26,483 nt of DNA, taken from a virus. Its lineage: Duplodnaviria; Caudoviricetes. A model generated the notes under the pieces. The model saw only the letters and a program-made list of their open reading frames with translations. It ran no database searches and had not been told where the DNA came from. The translations under genes were made by a program, and so were the position numbers. Shown here piece by piece: positions 7,842 through 17,131 of the stretch (its first letter is position 1; each line of letters starts with the position of its first letter). The DNA is taken from positions 1 through 26,483 of IMG/VR virus record IMGVR_UViG_3300050015_000092. One strand, 5' to 3'.

Positions 7842-8684
7842 ATGGCAAACCAAAACTATGCAACAGATGTCCTAAATAAAATCGACGAACGATTCTATTT
7901 AGACTCTAAAACAAACTCCATTGTAAACAATGGTATCGAGATGGATTTCAGCAATGGTAACAACGCTGTAACTATCTACAACATGGATGTAGTCGCTGAA
8001 AACAACTACCTACGAACAGGTATAATGCGATACGGTCAATTAGTCGAACTTGGTAACGGTGTTCAGACATTTGTCTTGTCTCAGGACAAGTCATTCGCGA
8101 TCTCAATCGATCGTGGTAACCGTGAAGACTCAAAGATGGTTCCTGCAATAGACGAGGCTGTTAAGCGCCAAGTCCGTGAAGTTTCTATCCCAACAGTCGA
8201 TATTTATCGCTTGGCGATCGCTACTGCTTACGCGGTTGCAAATAGCCAAGGTGCAACAAGTTCATTAGCTTACACAGATACGTTTTCAAAGATTTTGACA
8301 CAGCGTGCTGCTTTGATTGAAGCTAAAGTTAATGTCGATGACATCGTACTTTACATCAACCCAACAGTAGAAACTTACTTGTGGCTTGATACCGCATTTA
8401 AGGCCGCTTGTGACATTTCAACAGCTGATAAGAAAACTGGTGTTCTTGGTACAGTAATGGGTATGACAGTCGTTGTCGTTCCTGCTTCTTACCTAATCGC
8501 GAACCTAGGTTTCATGATGCTATCGAAGAATGTGTTGGCCGCTCCTACTAAATTTAACGAGATCAAAACTGGTGATGGATTCCCATTCGGAATCAGTGGT
8601 ATGGTTGCCTTCGGACGACGATACTACGACTGCTTTATCCCTACAAACAAGGGTGTTGCAATCCGTTTCCACAAAATTGCCTAA
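7842..8684 (+). CDS. Major capsid protein (HK97 fold)
   Basis: NYA...KIDERF N-terminus, LSQDKSFAISID, GRRYYDCF C-terminal motif; 280 aa; follows the scaffold. Confidence 0.88.
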   Translation: MANQNYATDVLNKIDERFYLDSKTNSIVNNGIEMDFSNGNNAVTIYNMDVVAENNYLRTGIMRYGQLVELGNGVQTFVLSQDKSFAISIDRGNREDSKMVPAIDEAVKRQVREVSIPTVDIYRLAIATAYAVANSQGATSSLAYTDTFSKILTQRAALIEAKVNVDDIVLYINPTVETYLWLDTAFKAACDISTADKKTGVLGTVMGMTVVVVPASYLIANLGFMMLSKNVLAAPTKFNEIKTGDGFPFGISGMVAFGRRYYDCFIPTNKGVAIRFHKIA

Positions 8685-8715
8685 TCAATAGGCTGAAAGA
8701 AAGGTACATATAGAT

Positions 8716-9126
8716 ATGGCACAACCACGAAAAGGCGTAGCAATAATGCAAGAAGAGAATAACGGCGTTCAATACGAAGCGGGATTGTATCGACATCCGG
8801 ACACAGGGGCAGAACTTGTAACCAAGTTTGATCCATTGTTTGGTGACGCCCAATCTGAAGGTGTGGCACGCGTAGGGTTCGTAAGGGTAGGAGATGCTCC
8901 AACTGATTACGAAGTTACCCTTCCACAGATCAATGCCTCCGCTAAGAGTGAAAATACGACCAACGAATCTGAGACTGTAAAGGGTCTTCAGGCGCGTATG
9001 ACACTAATCGAGAACGAAAAAGCTGCTACTGCCGCTCAACTGGAGGCTGCGCAAGCCGCTGACGTTGTTGAACAGCCAGTAGCACCAAAAGTAACAAAAA
9101 AAGCTAAGAAAGGTAACAAAAAATAA
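8716..9126 (+). CDS. Hypothetical head-module protein (136 aa)
   Basis: AAAGG upstream, coiled coil and Lys-rich tail, TAATG-coupled to the next gene. Confidence 0.7.
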   Translation: MAQPRKGVAIMQEENNGVQYEAGLYRHPDTGAELVTKFDPLFGDAQSEGVARVGFVRVGDAPTDYEVTLPQINASAKSENTTNESETVKGLQARMTLIENEKAATAAQLEAAQAADVVEQPVAPKVTKKAKKGNKK

Positions 9127-9551
9127 TGGCAAACCCAGCAAACTCAACAGCTTATAAACTACCTGACGGCCAAATCGCCGTAGATGTCACTGAAGCTAAA
9201 ACTCTGACCGTGGACGACAGTGGTTACGCCCAGAACGTTATTTACGCTAACGGCGTTGTAACAATTCCAGCAACAGCAACTTTGGGTAAGTGGATCATCC
9301 GTAATGGTGGTCTAGCAGTTGCGAGTGGTGTACCATCAGGCGCAACCATGAACGGTAACAAAATCTCAGTCAGCCCTAACTCGTCTGACAAAATTCAAGG
9401 TGGAGTCAGTGGTACTGCTACTGATGACAAGGACCTCATCAACACTGCTGCTACGGCAAAAGTTGGTGATGAAGTTCGAATCTTGAACTGTGGTGAAACT
9501 AACGGCCCTGTCGTTACTGACATCAAGGGAACTTGGTCAAGGGAACAGTAA
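9126..9551 (+). CDS. Putative capsid decoration/head fibre protein (141 aa)
   Basis: Beta-rich, with TLTxDDSG, VTIPA, SPNSSDKI, DKDLINT and GTWSRE motifs like small post-capsid structural proteins. Confidence 0.55.
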   Translation: MANPANSTAYKLPDGQIAVDVTEAKTLTVDDSGYAQNVIYANGVVTIPATATLGKWIIRNGGLAVASGVPSGATMNGNKISVSPNSSDKIQGGVSGTATDDKDLINTAATAKVGDEVRILNCGETNGPVVTDIKGTWSREQ

Positions 9552-9571
9552 GAATATATTATATATATTCT
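9551..9571. repeat. AT-rich 9-bp inverted repeat between convergent stop codons
   Basis: agaatatat-tat-atatattct. Confidence 0.55.
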
Positions 9572-9572
9572 G

Positions 9573-10103
9573 TCAAGAAAAGAGGTATCCCCAGTGGGTA
9601 CCTCTTTTTATATGTGAAATTTGTGTTTGGCATACTCCGTACATACCAGCTATCTCCGTTTGTGATATATTCGGGTCGCTGAGTAATACTTTGATTTCTT
9701 TTACCTGTTTTTCAGTGAGTTTGGCTTTGCAGTTACGTTCTCCATACATACTGCGTCGTTTTTTGGCCATATCGCGCATATTATCGGTATTATCGCCCCA
9801 AGATAGGTTTTCTGGGGTATTATTTAGTTTATCGTCGTCCTTGTGGCAAACTAGTTTTTTACCAGTTGGCGAGTCTCCTATAAATGCCAATGCTACCATT
9901 CTGTGTACGAATAATTGGCTGGTTTTCCCGTTACAATATAGTGTGACACATGGGTAGCCTCTTGATCCGATTCCCCACTTTAGAAATTCGTTTTTGTTAT
10001 TGGCATATTTACTTTTTATAATTGGTTTAACGTTGCCTAAGTTTGATATTACATATTTGGTGTTGAACGGTTTGTATGGTACTGGTTTGAATATCTCTTG
10101 CAT
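9573..10103 (-). CDS. Free-standing NUMOD4-HNH homing endonuclease with C-terminal HTH (176 aa from ATG 10103)
   Basis: YVISNLGNV (NUMOD4), GYPCVTL, VHRMVALAF, VCHKDDDKLNNTPENL (HNH), SQTEIAGMYGVCQTQISHI (HTH). Confidence 0.9.
   Translation of the reverse strand: MQEIFKPVPYKPFNTKYVISNLGNVKPIIKSKYANNKNEFLKWGIGSRGYPCVTLYCNGKTSQLFVHRMVALAFIGDSPTGKKLVCHKDDDKLNNTPENLSWGDNTDNMRDMAKKRRSMYGERNCKAKLTEKQVKEIKVLLSDPNISQTEIAGMYGVCQTQISHIKRGTHWGYLFS
9578..9610 (+). terminator. Intrinsic terminator of the head operon, overlapping the 3' end of the HNH gene
   Basis: aaaagaggtatcc-ccagt-gggtacctctttt followed by a T tract. Confidence 0.75.
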
Positions 10104-10109
10104 ATGGGT

Positions 10110-10138
10110 ATTGTACACTATGAAACATATAAAAACAA
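10110..10138 (-). promoter_or_regulatory. Promoter TTGTTT-17-TACAAT, predicted to give a leaderless HNH mRNA
   Basis: The -10 ends 6 nt before the ATG at 10103; no SD present. Confidence 0.55.
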
Positions 10139-10186
10139 TCGTTATGTTTTACGATTAGGTTGTATGTTACAATTATTTATAGAATA

Positions 10187-10195
10187 TGATAATAT
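10187..10195 (+). promoter_or_regulatory. Candidate extended -10 promoter TGATAATAT for the 10225 unit
   Basis: In an AT-rich intergenic region 30 nt upstream of the ATG. Confidence 0.4.
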
Positions 10196-10224
10196 AGACA
10201 TATAACTGAAAGAAGAAAATAAAA

Positions 10225-11403
10225 ATGATCACACCAGTCCAAGCAGCACTCATTCAAACAGGCATGGTCGCCGCCGGGGCGATGAAAACAGTCACCTTTG
10301 ATGGTGGAATCACCAGTGGGGCTCTGTCTGCTGGCGCTACTCTTACTACAGTCTTGACCGGTACCAACAATGATATGGTTTTCACTAATAAAACTGCTGG
10401 TACGGCGGGCAATAGTGTTTCGATTGAATATAAGGACCCTATTTCGACTGTAGCGCGTGCTATACAGGTCCACGTCAATGCTGGAACTATAAAGGCTATC
10501 ACAGTCGAATTAGCGACTGCAAGCCTTACAGCGGCTTCTAAAGTGCTTACGAGTGATAATACGGAACTAACGGATGGCGATACGGTTACGATTGGTACAA
10601 CTGTTTATCGATTCAAAGACACGATGGCTCAGGCTTACGATGTTCAACGGGACGGTACGACTGCCGACACTACTATGGGTAACCTTATCAAGGCCATCAA
10701 CGGTACTGGTACGGCTGGTGTTGAATACTTTGCCGGGACTTTGGTCCACCCAACATGCACAGCTGGCACTTTGACCGCTCATGCTACTACTGTTACCGCT
10801 AATACTGGTGGTACTGCTGGTAACTTTATTGCAATTGCTGAAGCATCGACTCATCTTTCATGGGCTGGTGGTGCGGTATTCCTTACCGGTGGTTTAGATG
10901 CCGGACAAATCATTTCTACTGCTGCAAACGTTAAAACTGCTGTCGATGCTCATACCGAAGCGGCCGCACTTGTTAGTGTTGCCAACTCAGGTGGTGATAA
11001 TGGTACTGGGGTCGTTACGGCAATGGTCGCAACATTAATGACTGGTGGTTCAGATGGTAAAATCCCTCTATTCAATGTAACTGGTCCGATCATTTGTTCA
11101 CTACGTGGCTATATCGCAACGAGTTTGACTGGTACAAACGCTACTTTGGTCCACGGTGTCACTGGTACAACAAATATGTTGATTCCTATTTTGACCTCAA
11201 CTACACTTGTAGTTCCAAAGGGAATCGACAAATCGACTGCTGTTGTTGCTCGTGGTACTGCGCTTGATAAAGTCCCTCTATGGCTAGTTCAGGATGAACA
11301 AATATTCGCTACGACTGCTACGGCTGCTACAGCCACAGGTAAAATTAATTATATACTCGATTACATCGCATTGGCACCTAATTCAGATGTAACCGCAGCG
11401 TAA
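10225..11403 (+). CDS. Virion structural/decoration protein, T/A/G-rich, multidomain (392 aa)
   Basis: Repeated AGTAGN/GGTAGN and LTGGLD/MTGGSDG motifs; located in the structural module. Confidence 0.65.
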   Translation: MITPVQAALIQTGMVAAGAMKTVTFDGGITSGALSAGATLTTVLTGTNNDMVFTNKTAGTAGNSVSIEYKDPISTVARAIQVHVNAGTIKAITVELATASLTAASKVLTSDNTELTDGDTVTIGTTVYRFKDTMAQAYDVQRDGTTADTTMGNLIKAINGTGTAGVEYFAGTLVHPTCTAGTLTAHATTVTANTGGTAGNFIAIAEASTHLSWAGGAVFLTGGLDAGQIISTAANVKTAVDAHTEAAALVSVANSGGDNGTGVVTAMVATLMTGGSDGKIPLFNVTGPIICSLRGYIATSLTGTNATLVHGVTGTTNMLIPILTSTTLVVPKGIDKSTAVVARGTALDKVPLWLVQDEQIFATTATAATATGKINYILDYIALAPNSDVTAA

Positions 11404-11417
11404 TAAAAAGGAACGAT

Positions 11418-11942
11418 ATGCTACACGACAAAACAAACACATCGGACTCAGTCGAAATCAGTAAGAATGGCGAATTGGCACATAGTTCAGTAGTTGACGG
11501 TGTTGACGTTAATAGTCGTCATTTGAAGTATAATATGCATTTAGTCCTCCGCGATAAAGACGGCAACATCAAAGATGAACGATTCTTACACAATACTGTC
11601 ACCACTGCTGGTAAGAATGCTATCGCAGATCAGATTCTAGCGTCTCCTACGCTTGCTAAACCGGGTTGGATGGCAATTGGTACAGGTTCGCCGGCTGCAA
11701 CGCTCCTAGGGACTGAAATAAGCCGTGTAGCGTTAACTTCTAAGACTCGTGGTGCTAATGCAATCATTACTTTTGTTGGTGACTGGGCAGCGGGTTCTGG
11801 CACTGGTGCTTTGACTGAAGCTGGTATATTTGATGTTGTTACGGCTAACACGGTTAATATGTGGGCTTCACAATCATTCAGTGTAATAAACAAAGGCGCT
11901 TTGGACGTACTTTCAATAAGTTGGACTTTGACTATAAGCTAG
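11418..11942 (+). CDS. Phage structural protein, fibre/collar-associated type (174 aa)
   Basis: NTVTTAGKN, MAIGTG, LGTEISR, LTEAGIFD and VINKGxxDxLxISWT motifs. Confidence 0.65.
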   Translation: MLHDKTNTSDSVEISKNGELAHSSVVDGVDVNSRHLKYNMHLVLRDKDGNIKDERFLHNTVTTAGKNAIADQILASPTLAKPGWMAIGTGSPAATLLGTEISRVALTSKTRGANAIITFVGDWAAGSGTGALTEAGIFDVVTANTVNMWASQSFSVINKGALDVLSISWTLTIS

Positions 11943-11952
11943 GAGGCTTAAA

Positions 11953-13038
11953 ATGGCTTTCGATGCACGTAAAAACTTTGCAATCTCAACAGTAGCAACT
12001 GCTCCTATACCTGCAACCTCTGGTGTTACTGTGATAGTTGCGACTGAGCAGGGAGCATTATTCCCTGCCGCTCCTTTTAACGCTGTTATATGGCCAATTG
12101 GGACTAATCCTAGTTTTACCAATGCCGAGGTTGTACGTGTTACTGTCAAAGTGACTGATACATTAACAGTTACTCGTGCGCAGGAAGGTTCTTCAGCTCG
12201 CACAGTGATTGTCGGTGATCAAATCATGGCTGGTTTGACAGATAAAACGTTAGCGGATATTGAATCTGGTATTCCAGTAAAGGCTGCTGGGACTGATTTA
12301 GATGCGTTGACTGACGATGCGAAGTTTATAACCTCTAAGGCTGTTCATGACGGTCATAACGTGCCTCACGCCGCTGTAGGCACATCAGGTAAGGTACTGG
12401 TTTCTAATGGCACAGATTGGGTTGCATCAACTCCGACGTTCCCTAACGCCTCAGCTACTACTCGCAAGATTATCGTATCTGATGGTACGAACTGGACGGC
12501 GTCTACGGAAACTTACCCTATTGCCACTACATCAGGTAATACCCTAATTTCTGACGGTACGAACTGGACAAGCGCCAAAGTGGCTAATGCTAATTTATCT
12601 ACAACCGCCGGGGACGTTGGTGGGGCATGGTTGGCATGGACACCAACATTATCGGGTCGTCTTAATGATGCTAAATGGACAAAAGCCTGTAAGTATACTC
12701 AGATTGGTAAAACAATTTATTTTAGGTTATATCTAGTATCTAATAATGCAACTCCTATGGATGGTGGAGCGACAGATGCTATATTCTCCTTACCTGTGAC
12801 ATCAGTTTCAATCGCGGTACAGGTCCCAGTCATAGGTCAGGCAGGGTTCCTAGACTCTGGTACGGCACGCTACACTGGTTGGGTTGAGTATAACTCTACA
12901 ACTACTGCTCGTGTACGATATATAGATACCGCTGCCGTGACTGCATCTGGTGGAGATAATTCTATTACCAGTACCCTCCCGATTACATGGACTACAAGCG
13001 ACGAAATATATTGCCAAGGTACTTATGAGGCCGCCTAA
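11953..13038 (+). CDS. Tail fibre / receptor-binding protein (361 aa)
   Basis: AGGAGG SD; N-terminal TLTVTRAQEGSSAR, three SxGTxW shaft repeats, C-terminal WTPTL...YTQIGK...LPV...GTYE head domain. Confidence 0.75.
   Translation: MAFDARKNFAISTVATAPIPATSGVTVIVATEQGALFPAAPFNAVIWPIGTNPSFTNAEVVRVTVKVTDTLTVTRAQEGSSARTVIVGDQIMAGLTDKTLADIESGIPVKAAGTDLDALTDDAKFITSKAVHDGHNVPHAAVGTSGKVLVSNGTDWVASTPTFPNASATTRKIIVSDGTNWTASTETYPIATTSGNTLISDGTNWTSAKVANANLSTTAGDVGGAWLAWTPTLSGRLNDAKWTKACKYTQIGKTIYFRLYLVSNNATPMDGGATDAIFSLPVTSVSIAVQVPVIGQAGFLDSGTARYTGWVEYNSTTTARVRYIDTAAVTASGGDNSITSTLPITWTTSDEIYCQGTYEAA
12379..12575 (+). repeat. Three intragenic tandem repeats (75 and 72 nt spacing) in the tail fibre
   Basis: tctgatggtacgaactggac (12478-12497) versus tctgacggtacgaactggac (12550-12569); a degenerate copy at 12403; acatcaggtaa at 12382 and 12529. 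Confidence 0.8.
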
Positions 13039-13742
13039 TGTATGGCAGAATATACTATGGAGAAGTGCCGTACGCCGCAACAGGCAATTATACTGGCTCT
13101 GTTTATAATGTCAGTCTAAGTGACTCGGTTACTAGTAGTGATGCCAGGGTTTTTACGATTCGTATTTATAAATCCGATACAGGGTCTACTGCCGATTCAA
13201 TTATTAAAACTGTTAGTTTAAAAAAATCTGATTCGACTGGTAGTACTACTGATAGCATCGTTAAAACTACTACTAAAAAAGTTTCTGATTCAGTTACTAG
13301 TTCAGAAATATTAGGTCCTAAAACACTCATAAAGAATATGGCCGATTCGGTTACGTCATTTGATGTGTTTAGTCGGGTAGTAACCTGGTGGCGCACGTTT
13401 GTTGAATCTGTTTCTGTAGCTGATCAAATTATTAAGACCATTAACCTTAAAAAAACCGATACTATAAATATCACTGATGCATATAGTAAAACTTATACTA
13501 TTAACGTTTCTGATTCAGTTATACTAAGTGATTTGATAAACTTATCGCGAATTGCAATGGCGTTATATACTGTTAATACCACTAACGAAAATCGTACTAT
13601 TAATGAGTTGAGTGAAAGCCGTTCGATCGATATTAAAAACTCTAATCGTTCTATAAATCAGGTCAACAACCAAAACACTGTTAATACCGATGGTTCTAGT
13701 GCTATAATTGACACAGATAGTAATAAAAGGACACTACAATAA
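13038..13742 (+). CDS. Repeat-rich fibre-like structural protein (234 aa)
   Basis: About eight imperfect ~18-aa repeats of the type SDSVTSSDxxxKT; TAATG-coupled. Confidence 0.65.
   Translation: MYGRIYYGEVPYAATGNYTGSVYNVSLSDSVTSSDARVFTIRIYKSDTGSTADSIIKTVSLKKSDSTGSTTDSIVKTTTKKVSDSVTSSEILGPKTLIKNMADSVTSFDVFSRVVTWWRTFVESVSVADQIIKTINLKKTDTINITDAYSKTYTINVSDSVILSDLINLSRIAMALYTVNTTNENRTINELSESRSIDIKNSNRSINQVNNQNTVNTDGSSAIIDTDSNKRTLQ
13700..13708 (+). promoter_or_regulatory. Extended -10 promoter TGCTATAAT
   Basis: Perfect consensus 35 nt upstream of ATG 13744. Confidence 0.6.
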
Positions 13743-13743
13743 A

Positions 13744-14070
13744 ATGTCACAAATACAAACAATAAACACTGTACAAGGTAACACGGCACCAGCATTAGGA
13801 ATCACCGCTAAGAGAGCAGGAGTTGTTATTGACGTTACTGGTGCAACTGTTGATTTAATAATCGCGAGGGGTTCAACTGTCGTGAATACTGGTCATACAG
13901 CGTGTACACTTGTTACTCCTATATCGGGTCTGGTTTCGTATACTCCAGGTGCCAATGACTTTATTTCTCCAGGTACTTATAAAGCTGATTTACGTATCAC
14001 TTATGCTGGTGATGGCAGTGTTGAGACACTTTATGATCAATTGAAAATTAAAGTTAGGAAACATCTATGA
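13744..14070 (+). CDS. BppU N-terminal-like fibre attachment protein (108 aa from ATG 13744)
   Basis: QGNTAP, DVTGATV, GLVSY and GTYKADLRITY...ET motif pattern. Confidence 0.65.
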   Translation: MSQIQTINTVQGNTAPALGITAKRAGVVIDVTGATVDLIIARGSTVVNTGHTACTLVTPISGLVSYTPGANDFISPGTYKADLRITYAGDGSVETLYDQLKIKVRKHL

Positions 14071-14732
14071 TTCTTTCAGATATTCGTGCTTCAGTACGTG
14101 GTCGGCTTGATGATACCCAGTATGACCAAGCGACTATTGACGAAGCAATAAATTGGTTTCATTACGAAGTTTTTAACGATCATCGAATTCGTTTTATGGA
14201 GAGTTCTGACGATATTTATGTTTCGGCCGGCGACACATCTGCCGATATGCCTGATGATATGCAAACAATGCTCAACGTTCACGTTACTTCGCCGCAAGTG
14301 TACAATATTTTGAACCGATACATGGAATATGGTGATTTCATGAAGAATTATCCTGGTTATGCAACCTACACTCCTAGTCAGGTCCAGGCGTGGACTGATT
14401 TCGGTAACGGTATGCGTTTGGCCGCTCCGGCATTAACAGATGCAACAGTTAGCATTGACTATCTACGTCGCCCTCAAACACTGGTGGATGATAATGATAC
14501 ATCTGATATTCCTGATCAATATGGTGAAATGGTTGTATTAGGTGCTTTGGCACGTTGTATGGAGCGCAATGAAGATTACGGTGAAGCTGCATCCGAACGA
14601 GCTAACTTAGCACCTTTGGTTACTTCTTTCGTTCGTAACGAAGGGCGTGGCGGAATGAAAATTGGGCCAACGATTATGCGGACTAATCGTCGATCACCTC
14701 GCGGAAGTTACAACGCAAGTAAGGACTTCTAA
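14067..14732 (+). CDS. Head-to-tail adaptor (tail tubular protein A-like)
   Basis: LSDIRASVR...IDEAIN N-terminus and DIPDQY...VLGALA; directly upstream of the nozzle. Confidence 0.75.
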   Translation: MILSDIRASVRGRLDDTQYDQATIDEAINWFHYEVFNDHRIRFMESSDDIYVSAGDTSADMPDDMQTMLNVHVTSPQVYNILNRYMEYGDFMKNYPGYATYTPSQVQAWTDFGNGMRLAAPALTDATVSIDYLRRPQTLVDDNDTSDIPDQYGEMVVLGALARCMERNEDYGEAASERANLAPLVTSFVRNEGRGGMKIGPTIMRTNRRSPRGSYNASKDF

Positions 14733-14734
14733 CC

Positions 14735-16729
14735 ATGCAAAGTGCTTTTACGCCACGTATGAACCCACAGGCGACTTCTTCGCCAGCTGTTGAGGAAACT
14801 TACGATTTAAAGGGTTTGAACCTCATTACACCTGATGCGGTTATGCCAGCTGGTGAAAGCCCTTGGACGATTAATTCACGTTCTTATGCTCGTGACGAAG
14901 GTGATACAAGGGTCGCCAACCGAACACGCAAGGGTTCTGGTTACCTATCTATTCCTGTTGGCGAAACGGCAGACGTTCAGAACGTTGCTACGGCCATAGG
15001 AGACGTTGCATTCTCTCCAACCCAAGTTATTGCACAACCTATCGTATTTAGCGGTAGCGGGGCTCTAACGCGCTTACAACCAGCCATTAAGAAGTTAGCT
15101 GGTGCCACTGGTCACGTTATCGTAGAGATTTGGTCAGATAATGCCGGGTTCCCGGGTCAGTTGATTGCTCAGGGATCTATTTTAGCAAGTACGATTACTA
15201 CAAGTTATCAATATCTATCCGCCTACTTCATTGATGCGCCAAGTGTAGTTGCTGGGACTCAGTATTGGTTAGTTTGCTATACCCAAGATAATGGAAGTGG
15301 GACTTACTATTTAAACCAAACTGCCCAGGTGGGTGGTGTAGCCGACATGTTATCTTTAAATGCTGGTGGTTCATGGAGTACAATTGCTGCTTCAATCCGA
15401 TATAAAACCTATATTTCTACTGTCGGTAAGGCAAAAGGGTTTACGACTCGTTATCCATCCAACAGTGTTAATAAGATTATATTTGCTCATGGTACTACGG
15501 TCCAAGCGTTCAGTAAAGGCAATGGTGTTCTAACGGCTATTGATACCGGTCGTGATGCCAACGCATCTATTTATAGGTTTGCTCAAATGGACGATTACAC
15601 TCTGTACACCAATGGGTATGATAAACTGCGACAATGGGATGGTACTAATGCGCCAAGTGATGTTGCTAATGTCCCTACGAATACACCTAGCAACGTTATA
15701 ATGTGGCAGAATCGTTGTTTTGTGATGAGTGCCAGCACTCGTGTTGATTTCTCAGAGTTGAGTGATATTACAACTTGGCCTTCCGTTAACTTCTTCTATG
15801 TACCAACCCCCCTATCGGCCGACCATATGTCAGGTTGGAAGGTATTTCAAGATAACTTAGTTATTTTCACTCACGAGACTAAACACGTTATTACTGGTTC
15901 AGACATCTCTAGTTTCACGCGTCGCGAAGCCATCGGCACTAAGGGGGCTGTCAGCCAAGAAGCAATTGTTGCGGATCGAAATTACATTTACTTTATGGCG
16001 GATGATGGACAGATTTACCGGTACAATGGTGTGTCCGATCAATTACTATCAGATAAGATTCAACCTGAACTGCAAGGTATCTCTAATATGAATACTGTTC
16101 GTTTGGATATTTATCGTAACCAATTACGTGTTTACTATGCTAAAAATCCAAAGGGATATGCTGATAGAATGGCGTTGCTTGACCTTGAAACGATGCAATG
16201 GTTCCTTGATACTGGTCATCCAGTAATGGGTTCAATGAACCTGTATCTCGATAATAATGAATTAATTGAATTCAGTTCGTTAGTTGGCGCGGCTTATTAT
16301 GGCGAAACCCAAGGTTCTGACTTAGGTAAAAAGATTGACTATAAGTTTTGGACCAACTATAAAACCTATGCTTATCGTAAACGTTCTGGTCAAACATTTG
16401 GCGGCGCATCGGCTAAGAAACGAATTAAGCGTTTTAGACCGATTGTAAGGACCGTAGACGCCGATTATACCCTTTCCGTGGGTAAAGACATGAATTTCCA
16501 GAATACGCCTGATATGCGGGCTTATGAAGTGTCTGGCGGTGGTGCTAAGTGGGGGGCATTTAAGTGGGGAGATGGCACCAAGTGGGGAACGCAACAACAG
16601 GTCCAGAATCGTTCAGGTATGAGCGGTCGTGGCGAACATATTCAATACCGTTTTGAACGTAACGGAGTTGAAACTCCAGTTGAATTGTATGGTTATATTA
16701 GTCAATACAAGATTGGTCGCCAAAAATAA
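14735..16729 (+). CDS. Tail nozzle/stabilisation protein (tail tubular protein B / P22 gp10-like, 664 aa)
   Basis: GLN...RTRKGS N-terminus, beta-propeller-like repeats, IGTKGAVSQEAI, C-terminal WG repeats. Confidence 0.78.
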   Translation: MQSAFTPRMNPQATSSPAVEETYDLKGLNLITPDAVMPAGESPWTINSRSYARDEGDTRVANRTRKGSGYLSIPVGETADVQNVATAIGDVAFSPTQVIAQPIVFSGSGALTRLQPAIKKLAGATGHVIVEIWSDNAGFPGQLIAQGSILASTITTSYQYLSAYFIDAPSVVAGTQYWLVCYTQDNGSGTYYLNQTAQVGGVADMLSLNAGGSWSTIAASIRYKTYISTVGKAKGFTTRYPSNSVNKIIFAHGTTVQAFSKGNGVLTAIDTGRDANASIYRFAQMDDYTLYTNGYDKLRQWDGTNAPSDVANVPTNTPSNVIMWQNRCFVMSASTRVDFSELSDITTWPSVNFFYVPTPLSADHMSGWKVFQDNLVIFTHETKHVITGSDISSFTRREAIGTKGAVSQEAIVADRNYIYFMADDGQIYRYNGVSDQLLSDKIQPELQGISNMNTVRLDIYRNQLRVYYAKNPKGYADRMALLDLETMQWFLDTGHPVMGSMNLYLDNNELIEFSSLVGAAYYGETQGSDLGKKIDYKFWTNYKTYAYRKRSGQTFGGASAKKRIKRFRPIVRTVDADYTLSVGKDMNFQNTPDMRAYEVSGGGAKWGAFKWGDGTKWGTQQQVQNRSGMSGRGEHIQYRFERNGVETPVELYGYISQYKIGRQK

Positions 16730-17130
16730 TGGATACTGGATTACCCCTTACTGGTGGTACACTCAGTCGTTTATCACCAAATTCAACTAGAGAAGAACAG
16801 ATTGCTGTTTTAAACAGTATTATTGATCATCTTAATGGACTTTTAAAATCTCAAGTCTTTTCTGATACTTCACATAAACGTTATATTAATGGGTATTTAC
16901 CTGGTGGGTGGCCGGGTGGTGACTTCGGTATGAAAATATCTGCTCCAGGCAATGACGTCACGGATCCACATGCTCAACTACTGTACTATTGGGACTACAC
17001 TACTAACATTCAAGTAATTTATAACAATAATATTCCTACTATTTTGCAAGGTTCGGCTCCTGACGATGGTCGCGCCGGCAACTGGCAGACTAAACCAGGG
17101 ATTGATGTTGTTGCTGAACTAGGAGGTTAA
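16729..17130 (+). CDS. Putative tail-tip protein (133 aa)
   Basis: Coupled to the nozzle; short N-terminal helix and a GMKISAPGNDV motif. Confidence 0.55.
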   Translation: MDTGLPLTGGTLSRLSPNSTREEQIAVLNSIIDHLNGLLKSQVFSDTSHKRYINGYLPGGWPGGDFGMKISAPGNDVTDPHAQLLYYWDYTTNIQVIYNNNIPTILQGSAPDDGRAGNWQTKPGIDVVAELGG

Positions 17131-17131
17131 A

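Noticed and set aside
8679-8693. Small hairpin gccta-atcaa-taggc over the capsid stop, as a terminator or frameshift signal
   Set aside because: Only a 5-bp stem, no U tract, and no clear slippery heptamer.
9490-9957. 155-aa + strand ORF
   Set aside because: Antisense shadow of the HNH endonuclease that crosses a terminator.
16535-16590. G-rich tract resembling a G-quadruplex
   Set aside because: Explained by the KWG peptide repeats at the nozzle C-terminus.
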